32,000 nt of DNA from an uncultured Alphaproteobacteria bacterium (GCA_963753875.1 CAVWDY010000018.1:495057-527056); one strand, 5' to 3'; shown: positions 18,801 to 28,030, numbered from the stretch's first letter. The notes: a model not told the origin generated them from the letters alone. Numbers and translations: made by a program.

Positions 18801-20008
18801 TTGTGCTTCCTGCTTCTATTACGAAGTTCAGCAATGCTGGGGACTCGGAATGGGATTCAAGAACCTTCCTAGGAGAATCGGGCGAGGCGGCAATAGCGTC
18901 CGCAATCGGATTAAACCAGGCCGCATTAGAGCGAGCAATGCGAGACCTGGACGAGGCGATTGACGCTCGTCGGCAGACAGCGTCGGGCGGTGATGGCGTA
19001 GACGATGTGGATGGCGACGAAGATACCGGTGACACCGCTTGCGACTCAACGCCAAGAGGCCACGCGGTTGACACAGTATCCTACGCAGTAGGATGCGTGT
19101 TTGGGCGATGGGACATTCGCATGGCAAATGATCCGTCACTTGTCCCGGTCCCAGGTGATCCGTTCCTGCCGATTCAGCCTTCTCCCCCGGGTATGCTTGT
19201 TGGTCCAAACGGACTTCCTGCGGATAATGGATATGTGGCGGGTCGCGAATGGCTTCGTGCTAGACACCACATTGGCGACAAGTCGCCGACTTTGCTCGAT
19301 TCTGATGCCCTGGAGTCGGCATACCCCCTACGTGTCAATTGGGATGGCATCGTTGTCGACGACGAAGGGCACGCCGATGATATTGTTCGGCGCATTCAGG
19401 AAGCGTTCGAGATCATCTGGCCAGATAGTGCCAACTCGGCAGAGGCGGAGATATGTTTCAAGCTTGGGGCAAAAGGTGGCCTTCGAGAATTTTTGCGGAG
19501 ATCGGGAAAGGGTGGATTCTGGACAGAACACGTTTTCCGCTATTCCAAGAGCCGTCGTAAAGCGCCGATCTACTGGATGCTCCAGTCATCGAAGAAAAAC
19601 TACGCCGTTTGGCTGTATTACCACCGCATAGATAAAGATCTCCTTTTCAAGGTGCTAGTGAAACACGTAGAACCAAAGATTCGGTTGGAGACGAGTCACC
19701 TCGAAACTCTGCGTGACCAAGGATCCCAATCTGGGGAGTCAGGAAAGGAAGCGAAGGGACTTGCAAAGAAGATTGAACGGCAGGAAGAGTTTCTTTCTGA
19801 ATTGAAGGACTTCGAGGATAAGCTGCGTCGTGCGGCGGATCTACATCTCGAACCCGATCTCAACGATGGAGTTGTCCTCAACATTGCTCCACTTTGGGAA
19901 CTTGTCCCGTGGAAAGAGGCTAAAAACTACTGGGATGAACTCCTCAAGGGTGAATACGAGTGGTCCTCTATCGGCAAGCAACTTCGTCAAAGGCAATTGG
20001 TGAAGTAA
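15869..20008 (+). CDS. pglX: BREX N6-adenine DNA methyltransferase PglX, 1379 aa
   Basis: SAM-binding motif I 'ILDPACGSGHFLLY'. Catalytic motif IV 'VLMNPPFGEP'. Size and synteny. Confidence 0.92.
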   Translation: MDTEIRNKLRNVVTRCRKLLEDSISQELEGKYGIFVKNDQVIANPNASMAHLKEEEQSARKDILDHFGHIIARGFKPNEALDQLVREIAFTHLNRLCAYKMMEAREVYVGGQKFREAVSRGINSNGVKFYLADNPEEERLFNTGHQDTAYRHFLDWLGGALSDEIGVLFNPNDPANRLYPRQQTLDEVLDLLNGGGIKVDEIELREQWPKIWSQDETIGWVYQYFTPKELRDKARKASPAPRNSYELAFRNQFFTPRYVVEFLTDNTLGRIWFEMRKGDTKLKDQCRYLVCHPSEYFLREGEQRPIDAVEGPADLPQEKLFERPVNIPHRPKKDPRELKILDPACGSGHFLLYCFDLLLTIYEEAYYDPDLGPAFQIKPVEEFRRDIPGLILAHNLHGIDIDVRASQIAALALWLRCQRAYQDMGLKKDRPKITRSNFVCAEPMPGEEQILQEFVSQLEPKVLGQVVEVVFDKMKLAGEIGTLLKIEEEIRVAVSEAKEQWVRETTLATDRKGQQLLFTQAAMDRLDGKPTQPSLFDLSDVTDDQFFERAEVKVIEALRFYAEKAHNGQQLQRRLFTEDAVRGFGFVDLCHKRFDVVLMNPPFGEPIKSTQGYLEANYPHTKHDLFAAFCDRAMGLLNESGMIGEISSRVGFFIRSFEEWRNDLLNSWQITLMADLGSHVLDTAAVEVACYVIQRPSERAAATYVFRLLVETQKAVRLLHACQNLADRNCFILTTDRFKILPLHPFVYWVESETLRKFTSHPTVEPSAGVVRQGLGTGDNFRFVRAIWEVPVQSIAGHQCVTPNEVRNQLSGAKTWAVHVRSGASQPWYSPLTVVIDWERQGERLKDHWRSKGESPSRYIPSEDLYFRPGISWTRRAFRLIPYIVPTGCIPSASRYMAFPEDAHRINLLGLSASAVATLFMRFYGEKFEHPNHLVDTFKKLPFVSLEANTQASIRSTAESEVSKRKRYYANYEPYSDFVLPASITKFSNAGDSEWDSRTFLGESGEAAIASAIGLNQAALERAMRDLDEAIDARRQTASGGDGVDDVDGDEDTGDTACDSTPRGHAVDTVSYAVGCVFGRWDIRMANDPSLVPVPGDPFLPIQPSPPGMLVGPNGLPADNGYVAGREWLRARHHIGDKSPTLLDSDALESAYPLRVNWDGIVVDDEGHADDIVRRIQEAFEIIWPDSANSAEAEICFKLGAKGGLREFLRRSGKGGFWTEHVFRYSKSRRKAPIYWMLQSSKKNYAVWLYYHRIDKDLLFKVLVKHVEPKIRLETSHLETLRDQGSQSGESGKEAKGLAKKIERQEEFLSELKDFEDKLRRAADLHLEPDLNDGVVLNIAPLWELVPWKEAKNYWDELLKGEYEWSSIGKQLRQRQLVK

Positions 20009-22599
20009 TGGCGATCGTCACCGCATCTCTCGTTCAAATGATCGCCAAACAAGTCGATGAGAAAGGGCTGGTGGTTTGGTACGACCCGGAGCGAGCATAC
20101 CTTACGGTGGCTGCGGAACTGCTTCTGCCGAGTACAACCGTGGCCCGATACAACGGAAGCTTCCTCAAGCTGCGAAAAGAAATCGACCATTTGCTCAACG
20201 ACATTCAACCGCCTCGACTAGTCGTATATGTGCCGATGGAACGAACCCAAACCGACAGTGCGTTAATCGAACTCGATTGTGCCGGGGTCATCATGCAGCC
20301 TCGGCAGCAACCGCCAGCTTGCAATACCCGGTTGTCGGTTGTGGGCCGCAATGCTCTCAAGCACATTTTGAGTGACGATCAAGTTTCCGAAATCGAACGG
20401 CAGGTGGAATCAGGCAAGTTATCGCTTGCCGATCTGAATTCACTGGCCGAGCAGGGAATCGATATCTCGACCGGCGTGTTGAAACTCATCTTCGGCTCGG
20501 CTAACCCGCAGGAAGTTGCGTTGGCATTGCTGCACGGCGAGCGGCACGATGAAGAGATCGGTAAGAAGGAGGCCCAGAAAGAACTGCGGCACCTTCTCCA
20601 AGTTAGCTTTGATATTGAACTCTCTGCATCAGAAAGCCTCTCCAAGTGGCGAGCTCAATTGGGCCGGCACGTTCTACTGACCGATTTGTTCGCAGCTCTT
20701 AAAAAGCAGGTGCCATCCTCGCTTGCGGCAGTCCCGGTAGCCAAGAGCACTGGCGGGATCGATGCTTGCGTGCGGTTGGCTCGAACCTGGCGTAACAGCC
20801 GGGACGTGCGAAACAGCTACGTTATCCTGGCCAATAAGGTCGAACAGGACCTTTCCCTCGGTCAATTGGACATTCCCGTGGAGGCGCTGAGGGAAAACGA
20901 AACTTTCCTCTGCGTCGAGCGTGCGTTGCTGGCACATGTAGAGCGTGAGCTACTGAGGTCCGCGACCACCGAATTGCTGCAACTGGCCGAATATCGTCTC
21001 TCCCGCTTTTGGGCCGATGTCATTCCGGCGACACAGGCTCAGTGGGCGCTGATCTCCTCCGCCGCCGAGGTCTTGATTGTTGCCGACCGTGTGAGCAAGG
21101 CACTCAAGAAGGCTCCCAGCATGGTGCCCGCTCTTGTTAAAGCATATGCCGACGACGATGAGCCGTGGTGCTTGCTCGACACCCATCACCGGCACATGGA
21201 AAGCCGTAAATACAATTTTGAGTTCGCAGCCAATATCGATCACGGCGCGTTGGAAAAGCTCATCACCAGGGCCGAGCAACGCTATACCGAGGTCGGATCC
21301 GAACTCGCGAAGCATTTCATTATACAGTTTCAAAAGGCCAAGCATCCGATCAATGGATTACTAAGACAGCGAGATATTTTTGAGAAGCAGGTGAAGCCGC
21401 ATTTGAGCGAAGGCAAGGTTGCCTACGTTTGGGTGGATGCACTGCGATTCGAGATGGCGCGTGAACTGTGCTTATTGCTCAAGGACAATTTCAAACTCGA
21501 AATTCAGCCCGCCATCGGCACGATGCCTACGATCACCGAAATTGGCATGGCGGCGTTGTTACCTAGAGCTCATGCGTCGGCCAAGGTTGTGGCCGTCGGA
21601 GGCGGCAAATTAGCGTTGGAGATCGACGGCAAGACGATCAGGGATCGGAAAGACCGGGTGGCGTTTCTCAAAGAAAATGCGGGCGTGTCGGTCTTTGATG
21701 CCAAGCTGGACGATCTGCTGCCTAAGCCAACCAAAAAGGTGAAGGACGGAATTCAGAACAACCAGTTGATCTTGATTACTTCGCAGGAGATAGATGAACT
21801 GGGTGAGGCCGACAACATGGCCCAATCCCGGCTCCAAATCGACGGCGTGCTGAGCCATTTGCGACGTGGCGTGCGTGTTTTGGCCGATCATGGGATAGAT
21901 ACGATCGTCCTCGTTGCCGATCACGGGCACTTGTTCGCTGACGAGATCGGGGAGGACATGAAGATCGAGACCCCCGGTGGCAAGGTAGAAGATTTGCATC
22001 GGCGGGTATGGGTGGGCATTGGCGGAACCTCGGAGCCATCGTACCTTCGGGCGTCACTGTCCTCGTTGGGCGTGGACAGTGAACTAGACATTGCCACGCC
22101 TTGGACGTTTGCCGTCTTCAAATCAAAGGGGGGCGGCCGAGCTTATTTCCATGGTGGGCTATCCCCTCAGGAACTGATTGTGCCCGTGGTCGTGATGCAT
22201 CCGACAACGAAGCCGTTGGCTCCCAAGACCAGCATACAATGGACATTGAACCCCGGGACGCCCAAACTAACGACCAGGTTCTTTTCCGTTCAGATTGCCG
22301 GTATCGAGAACGAGTCAAGCCTATTTGGGTTTGAGCCGCCCAAGGTGCGGATCGAACTTCGGGCCAACAAAAAGTGCGTTTCGTTGTCGGTAAGTGCCTC
22401 CTACGGTTTCGAGGATGCAACCGGCGAAGTAAAGCTGAAGGTTTCTGATACTGACAACAAGCGAATCGAGCCCAACACGGTCACAGTGATGTTGTCCGAG
22501 GAGATTTCCCAGAAAACAGTGGGAGTCTATCTGCTCGATGCCACAACGGGAGCAGAACTGGCGCCTCCCTTGACGGTTGATGTCGCCATTTCGATGTGA
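20008..22599 (+). CDS. pglZ: BREX alkaline-phosphatase-superfamily protein PglZ, 863 aa from ATG 20008
   Basis: 'VWVDALRFEMAREL' and 'LVADHGH' are PglZ-type metal-site blocks. The start overlaps the pglX stop as TAATG (20006-20010). Confidence 0.9.
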   Translation: MAIVTASLVQMIAKQVDEKGLVVWYDPERAYLTVAAELLLPSTTVARYNGSFLKLRKEIDHLLNDIQPPRLVVYVPMERTQTDSALIELDCAGVIMQPRQQPPACNTRLSVVGRNALKHILSDDQVSEIERQVESGKLSLADLNSLAEQGIDISTGVLKLIFGSANPQEVALALLHGERHDEEIGKKEAQKELRHLLQVSFDIELSASESLSKWRAQLGRHVLLTDLFAALKKQVPSSLAAVPVAKSTGGIDACVRLARTWRNSRDVRNSYVILANKVEQDLSLGQLDIPVEALRENETFLCVERALLAHVERELLRSATTELLQLAEYRLSRFWADVIPATQAQWALISSAAEVLIVADRVSKALKKAPSMVPALVKAYADDDEPWCLLDTHHRHMESRKYNFEFAANIDHGALEKLITRAEQRYTEVGSELAKHFIIQFQKAKHPINGLLRQRDIFEKQVKPHLSEGKVAYVWVDALRFEMARELCLLLKDNFKLEIQPAIGTMPTITEIGMAALLPRAHASAKVVAVGGGKLALEIDGKTIRDRKDRVAFLKENAGVSVFDAKLDDLLPKPTKKVKDGIQNNQLILITSQEIDELGEADNMAQSRLQIDGVLSHLRRGVRVLADHGIDTIVLVADHGHLFADEIGEDMKIETPGGKVEDLHRRVWVGIGGTSEPSYLRASLSSLGVDSELDIATPWTFAVFKSKGGGRAYFHGGLSPQELIVPVVVMHPTTKPLAPKTSIQWTLNPGTPKLTTRFFSVQIAGIENESSLFGFEPPKVRIELRANKKCVSLSVSASYGFEDATGEVKLKVSDTDNKRIEPNTVTVMLSEEISQKTVGVYLLDATTGAELAPPLTVDVAISM

Positions 22600-22609
22600 G
22601 GAGTCAAGC

Positions 22610-24637
22610 TTGACTGAGCTAGATCGAAAAGCGGCATCCGTATTTGCGGGCAAGGTCGTTCGCAAGGATTTGGTCCGCAAGGTGAAGGTGGGGGCAAACG
22701 TCCCAGTCTTCGTGCTTGAATACCTGCTGGGGAAATATTGTGCCACCGACGATCCGGCGGCCATCGATGCTGGGCTGAGAGTGGTAAACAACACCCTGTC
22801 CTCGAATTTTGTGCGCTCTGACGAGGCCAACAAAGCCCAGTCGATGGTGAAGGACAAAGGGAAGCATACGCTCATCGACAAAGTGCAGGTGCGGTACGTT
22901 TCCGAGGAGGACAAGTACTGGGCTGAGCTGAAAAATTTTGGCCACAAGTTCGTACACGTTCCTGAACATTTCTTGAGGGACTACGATCGTCTGCTTATGG
23001 GTGGGATTTGGGCGCAACTAGATATTCGGCATCAGTACGATGAGGAGCAAAAGGGGAAGAAAAGTCCATTCTGGATCGACAGTATCAAACCGATTCAACT
23101 TGCAACGTTCGACCTCGAAGAATATCGGGCCTGCCGCGCCCAATTCACAACGGACGAATGGATCGACTTGCTGCTTCGCACGATCGGACTTGAACCATCA
23201 CACTTCAATCGCCGTCAGAAGCTGCATTACTTGGCACGGCTGATACCGCTGGCCGAGGCTAATTATAATCTCGTCGAACTCGGCCCGCGTGAAACGGGGA
23301 AAAGTTACGGCTATCAGGAACTATCGCCGTACACTATTCTGCTCACGGGACCCACGACTGTCGCCAATCTGTTTTTCAACATGGCCACTGGAAAGATGGG
23401 ACTTGTCGGGATCTGGGACGCCATTGGCTTCGATGAGGTTGCGGACCTCCAAAAAATGCCAAAGGAAGTCGTGACGACCCTCAAGACCTACTGCGAGTCA
23501 GGTACCTTCGCGCGCGGGAAGGATTCATTATCTGGCATGGCTTCCATTGCCATGTTCGGAAACACCAATCAGCCCGTCGAAGCGATGGTGCGGTCGTCGC
23601 ACCTATTCATGCCACTGCCGGAGGTGATCCGAGAGGACATGGCGTTCCTCGACCGCATCCATTTTTACATCCCCGGTTGGGAAATGCCGAAGATGAAGGT
23701 GGAGTTCTTCACTAATCACTACGGCTTCGTGGTCGACTATCTGGCGGAGGCTCTGCGAGACCTACGTAAGCACACCTTCACCGAAGTACTCGACCGGCAC
23801 TTTGCGCTGGGGTCTCACCTAAAATCACGTGACGTCAAAGCCGTGAGAAAGACAGTTTCGGGGTTGGTCAAACTGATCTATCCGAACGGTGAGCTTTCAA
23901 AGGAGGAATTGGCCGAACTAGTAGAGTTGTCCCTCGAAGGACGTCGGCGGGTGAAAGAGCAACTGAAGAAAATGGGATCATTCGAGTTCCATCAAACGTC
24001 GTTTTCGGTGATCGATAACGAAACACGAGAAGAGAAATTTGTCGGCGTGCCCGAACAGGGTGGGCGGGACATGATCTCGCTCGACCCCTTGGCCCCAGGA
24101 TCGTTATACACGTCTTCTGTGGACGATCACGGCAAGGTCGGACTCTATCGGCTCGAAGTCGGCTGTTCGCCTGGTACTGGCAAGCTTAAGATCGCGGGTG
24201 GGGTCGAGGGACAAATGCGGGAGTCCATCAACCGAGCCTTTGCCTATTTGATGGGTCAGAAGGTCAAGATGGGTATTGCCCAACAGGTTGATACAACCGA
24301 CTTTCACGTTGAGGCCATCGACTTACTTAGCAATCACGTCCCTTGCGAGGCTGGAATTGCGCTGGTAGTAGCGATTTACTCGGCACTGAAGAGGGTTCCA
24401 GTTCAAGCCGGCTTTGTCATCCTCGGCGATCTCAGCATCCAGGGAAACATCAAGTCGATTCGGTCCTTAGCCGAGCCATTGCAGGTTGCTATGGACAACG
24501 GCGCGCGCAAGGCGCTGATCCCGCTCGAAAACAAGCGGAATTTCCTCGAAGTCTCCGGCGATATCGTGGAACGGGTTGATCCTGTATTCTTTTCAGATCC
24601 GATGATGGCGGCGATGAAGGCTTTGGGGATGACCTGA
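22610..24637 (+). CDS. brxL: BREX Lon-like protease/ATPase BrxL, about 675 aa from TTG 22610 (the ORF track begins at 22577)
   Basis: 'LDRKAASVFAGKVVRKDL' N-terminus. Walker A 'GPRETGKSYG'. Lon-like C-terminus 'ILGDLSIQGNIKSIRSL'. GAGGAG (22598-22603) lies 6 nt upstream of the TTG. Confidence 0.88.
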   Translation: MTELDRKAASVFAGKVVRKDLVRKVKVGANVPVFVLEYLLGKYCATDDPAAIDAGLRVVNNTLSSNFVRSDEANKAQSMVKDKGKHTLIDKVQVRYVSEEDKYWAELKNFGHKFVHVPEHFLRDYDRLLMGGIWAQLDIRHQYDEEQKGKKSPFWIDSIKPIQLATFDLEEYRACRAQFTTDEWIDLLLRTIGLEPSHFNRRQKLHYLARLIPLAEANYNLVELGPRETGKSYGYQELSPYTILLTGPTTVANLFFNMATGKMGLVGIWDAIGFDEVADLQKMPKEVVTTLKTYCESGTFARGKDSLSGMASIAMFGNTNQPVEAMVRSSHLFMPLPEVIREDMAFLDRIHFYIPGWEMPKMKVEFFTNHYGFVVDYLAEALRDLRKHTFTEVLDRHFALGSHLKSRDVKAVRKTVSGLVKLIYPNGELSKEELAELVELSLEGRRRVKEQLKKMGSFEFHQTSFSVIDNETREEKFVGVPEQGGRDMISLDPLAPGSLYTSSVDDHGKVGLYRLEVGCSPGTGKLKIAGGVEGQMRESINRAFAYLMGQKVKMGIAQQVDTTDFHVEAIDLLSNHVPCEAGIALVVAIYSALKRVPVQAGFVILGDLSIQGNIKSIRSLAEPLQVAMDNGARKALIPLENKRNFLEVSGDIVERVDPVFFSDPMMAAMKALGMT

Positions 24638-24837
24638 TTGGGCTGATTGACACGACCTGAGCATCGACGGGCTGCATAGTCGCTGCTACAGGATCACCGG
24701 CTAGGTCCAGAACCCGATCACGCGAGCGAAAACCTCGATCGCATCTCGGGTCCTCTCTTCATCTAGTCGTCAGCGTCATTGAAAATGACGGCAACTTCTG
24801 AATCTCTGTCGCCGCAAGCCAGCGATGGAGGTGATTC

Positions 24838-25991
24838 GTGGCCGGGAGAGAGATCGCCGTCAAGAAGTACGTGGTGCGTTTGACCGCGGAGGAACGTGCC
24901 CAACTCGATGAGTTGATCAGGAAAGGTAAGCGTTCCGCGCAGCTGCTGACGAAGGCGCGCCTTCTCTTGAAGGCGGACGTATCGGATGCGGGCGAAGGCT
25001 GGAGCGACAGCCGGATTGCCGCGGCGCTGGACACCAGCATCGCCAATATCGAGCGGACCAGGCGCCAGTTGGTCGAGGAAGGGTTCGAGGCGGTGTTGAC
25101 CCGTAAATACAATCCCAATTCTGCCCGTCCACGGATTTTCGACGGCGCGGCGGAAGCAAAGCTGATCGCACTGACACTCTCTCCGGCCCCGGAGGGTTTT
25201 GCCCGTTGGAGCCTGCGTCTGCTCGAGGAGAAGGTCGTCGAACTGGACATTGTCGAGCGCGCCAGCGACAACACGATCGGGCGAACGCTAAAAAAAACAT
25301 TCTCAAACCGCACCTCAAGCAGCAATGGGTGATTCCGCCGGACGCCAGCGCGGCCTTTGTCGCCAACATGGAAGACGTGCTGGAGGTCTATCAGAGGCCG
25401 CACGATCCGCGGCGTCCGCTCGTGTGTCTCGACGAGACCTCCAAGCAGCTGATCGTTGAGACGCGCGCGCCGATCCCTGCGAAGCAGGGACGCAAGGCGC
25501 GTCACGATTACGAATACGAACGCAATGGCGTCGCCAATCTATTCATGGTGTTCGCGCCGCTGGAAGGCTGGCGGCATGTGAAAGTGAGCGACCGGCACAC
25601 CGCCATCGATTACGCTCATACGCTCAGGGATTTGTCTGACGTGCATTTTCCTGAGGCGGCGGAGATCGTGCTGGTGCAGGACAATCTCAACACCCACAAG
25701 CCAGCCTCGCTCTACGAAGCCTTCCCCGCTTCTGAGGCCCGCCGGCTAGTCGAGCGCTTCGAATGGCATTACACGCCCAAGCACGGCAGCTGGCTCGACA
25801 TGGCAGAATCCGAGCTCGGCGTTCTCGCATCCCAATGTCTGAACCGCCGCATCGCCGACAAGAAAATCCTCGCCCGCGAAGTCAACGCATGGCAGGACCA
25901 CCGAAACAAGCACCACGCCAAGGCCAACTGGCAATTCAAAACCGCCGACGCCCGCGTCAAGCTGAAGAGACTGTACCCTCAGTTTGAATGA
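24838..25991 (+). CDS. IS630-family DDE transposase, orfA (HTH) plus orfB (DDE) joined by a -1 frameshift
   Basis: orfA runs 24838-25332 and orfB 25206-25991. Slipping -1 on A AAA AAA at 25290-25297 gives '...GRTLKKNILKPHLKQQWVIPP...'. 'LVQDNLNTHK' is a DDE-type block. Confidence 0.8.
25290..25297 (+). other. A8 slippery run: candidate -1 ribosomal frameshift or transcriptional slippage site
   Basis: Eight consecutive A residues lie exactly where the two transposase frames overlap. Confidence 0.6.
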
Positions 25992-26088
25992 CTCGGGCGA
26001 CTAGTATATTGATGAACTACTCGTTTCTTCAGGGGTGAACGACGATCATCAATCGGAACTGCTGCCGCATCATCGTGTCGCTATCGTC

Positions 26089-26355
26089 CTATTCTTTCCA
26101 TGCAGGATCAAAAGGAATCCAAATCGGTCGTGTCCTTAGCAACTCAAGGCTGAAATTGCCGCTCGCGTCGGTCCAACGTTCGTCCGGCGATAAGTCCTCC
26201 TCCAGTATTTCCGAGTGAAATCCATAATCGGAATATGTGCCATCCGGCATTCGTTCGCATCCCTCACCCGGAGCAGAGTAGGTCTTGATCCAGGGATAGT
26301 TCTGAATGACAGCAAGCTCAGGTTTCTTTGGCATCGCTAGTGCTCTCAGATCCAA
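26089..26355 (-). CDS. Hypothetical protein, 81-88 aa
   Basis: Protein-like composition ('YPWIKTYSAPGEGCERMPDGTYSDYGFH'). The likelier start is Met8 (26334). No recognisable motif. Confidence 0.4.
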   Translation of the reverse strand: MDLRALAMPKKPELAVIQNYPWIKTYSAPGEGCERMPDGTYSDYGFHSEILEEDLSPDERWTDASGNFSLELLRTRPIWIPFDPAWKE

Positions 26356-26541
26356 ATTCTACGGGTGGCCGCTTGTAATTGCCCAGCTTTGACCTCATAT
26401 TGAAACTGCATCTCGACGAAGGCTGGCACCTTCACCAACCTGCCACACTGCGGCAAGGTGGTCTCCACAAAAGTGGGATGTGGTCGCTTGAGCGACAATT
26501 TAGCAGAGCGGTGCCAGCCCTCATCACGAGAGGAGGGCTGT

Positions 26542-27063
26542 ATGAGAACCGCAATTCTTGTCTCCGATCAGGACCTCATAACACGTAGAAGCATCTTCAT
26601 TGGTGCAGCGGCCTCGCTGCTGTGCGCCCCTGCCATCGTGCAAGCTGCTAATCTTATGCCAGTACGTCGCTTGCCATTTCCGGGACGCCCGGAGCCGCGT
26701 CGTCGACCAGCGCTCGACGTCGGAACCGGTCGAGGGGTATGTTTGCCTTGCGAATCGACAGGATGGTCCGTTTCTGTGGCGAAGAAGAGGAAGAAGCAGC
26801 CGAAGCCCTTTTCGGCCAGGTTTCCGGTACGCACCTCGACGGCGCTCGAGATGCTTGCGGCGAACGTCCGCGACCGGCGCAAGGCGCTCGGCCTGTCCCA
26901 AGCCGCGTTGGCCGTGTTGATCGCGGTCGACCAAACTGAGATCAGCAAGATCGAAAACGCCCGCGGCAACCCGTCGGTGCTCTTCGCGGAACGGTTGGCC
27001 GAGGCGCTTGGAGTGTCGCTCGCCGACCTTTTCGCCCCGCGATCCAAGGCGACGTCCACTTGA
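26542..27063 (+). CDS. ORF with a C-terminal XRE-type HTH; the N-terminal part looks like a Tat-signal-type peptide (possible fusion, or a real start at GTG 26776)
   Basis: HTH 'LGLSQAALAVLIAVDQTEISKIENARGNPSVLFAERLAEALGVSLADLF'. N-terminal 'TRRSIFIGAAASLLCAPAIVQA'. GAGGAGGG lies upstream of ATG 26542. Confidence 0.5.
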   Translation: MRTAILVSDQDLITRRSIFIGAAASLLCAPAIVQAANLMPVRRLPFPGRPEPRRRPALDVGTGRGVCLPCESTGWSVSVAKKRKKQPKPFSARFPVRTSTALEMLAANVRDRRKALGLSQAALAVLIAVDQTEISKIENARGNPSVLFAERLAEALGVSLADLFAPRSKATST

Positions 27064-27777
27064 GCGGAGGAAAGCTCTAAGGCTGAGACACGGCGGGGGG
27101 CCTCGCACTTTCCTTTGCCCGCCGAGTTTAGCGCAACCTCCGCGGGACGCAGTGGAGCGACGCGCACCATCGGCGCACCATGAACAGGAATATCCTCGGA
27201 TCCCGCCGCGAATCTAACGATTCGTGTGCCTGAGCCAGTCGTCTCTATCGGCTCGGCTTCTAGGAAGATTGCGGCTTACAAGCGGTCCTCTAAGGGAAAT
27301 CCTAGGCGGGAAAGCCCGCCGCAGTTCGCGGCGCCTGCGGCTGCGTTGATGATGGAAGCGTTAACCAGCGCACTGGCGCGAGTCACCGGCGAAACGTCTA
27401 CCGCATCCCGCAGCGCGACCGGACTGAGGCCGCGCGTCTCCGATGCGGCCGACTAGGAACAGCCTGTTCGTTCGACCTGACCTCCATCACTTCGGACGGT
27501 CCCCGGCGCGTTCGAATGGGGCTGGGTCGCGCCGACGGGGCGGCTTTTCAATAGCTTGGCTAAGTATGCGCTGATCCGCCTACGCGCGAGCAAGTCATGC
27601 TTGTTGATGCCTGGGATCCACCGCCCAGGTTCACTGCTGATGCGACGGCCTCGGCTGTTCGCCGGCGCTGCGATCTGCAAATGCGCGACGTGCCGTTCTT
27701 CCTTCAGGACTTCACCGACCGCTGCGAGGGTCGCTATCGCGACATCCGGTTGCCGCTGCCCATGCGCCTGGTCTGAG

Positions 27778-28030
27778 ATGGCATTCCAGCGCAAGAAGCC
27801 TGCGGCGATCGGCACCAAGGAGGAGCCAATCCCGGACTTCATCGAGCCCGTGCTGGCGACATCGATCGAGCGGTTGCCGTCCGGTGACCGCTGGGTGCAC
27901 GCGATCAAGTTCGATGGCTACCGCGTGCAGGTTCATCTGAAGGATGCCAACGTCAAGGTGTTCACCCGGCGCGGCGACGACTAGACCAACCGCTTCAAAA
28001 AGATCGCCAACGACGCCTGCCAACATCAGA
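27778..28030 (+). pseudogene. Remnant of an ATP-dependent DNA ligase (LigD ligase-domain N-terminus)
   Basis: 'WVHAIKFDGYRVQVHL' contains the adenylation motif I KxDG. An in-frame TAG at 27982-27984 sits where homologues have Trp as I recall ('RRGDD*TNRFKKIANDA'). Similarity is lost after about 28020. Confidence 0.7.

Larger units (their letters stand above)
24763..26004 (+). mobile_element. IS630-family insertion sequence (about 1.24 kb)
   Basis: Imperfect terminal inverted repeats match at 21 of 27 positions: CTAGTCGTCAGCGTCATTGAAAATGAC at 24763-24789 against the reverse complement of 25978-26004. TA dinucleotides sit at both ends, so boundaries are ambiguous by about 3 nt. It encloses the two-frame transposase. 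Confidence 0.85.

Noticed and set aside
11405-22947. Numerous 60-210-aa ORFs antisense to or out of frame within the BREX genes (for example 12054-12539, 12430-12978, 14640-14987, 20950-21345, 21610-21999 and 22321-22947)
   Set aside because: They lie entirely inside long genes that carry clear motifs. Their translations are low-complexity or Arg/Ser-rich, and they lack ribosome-binding sites. I treat them as shadow ORFs.
24759-25505. 248-aa minus-strand ORF across the IS630 element
   Set aside because: It is antisense to the transposase frames, which carry recognisable HTH and DDE blocks. Its translation is Arg/Ser/Leu-rich. It is a shadow ORF.
26524-27170. Two overlapping roughly 195-aa minus-strand ORFs (26524-27108 and 26568-27170)
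   Set aside because: Both are antisense to the XRE-HTH ORF. Their translations are strongly Arg/Gly/Pro-biased, as is typical of GC-rich non-coding frames.
27453-28026. Minus-strand ORFs 27453-27908 and 27712-28026
   Set aside because: They overlap the ligase remnant, whose + frame carries the KxDG motif, and they have no motif support of their own.
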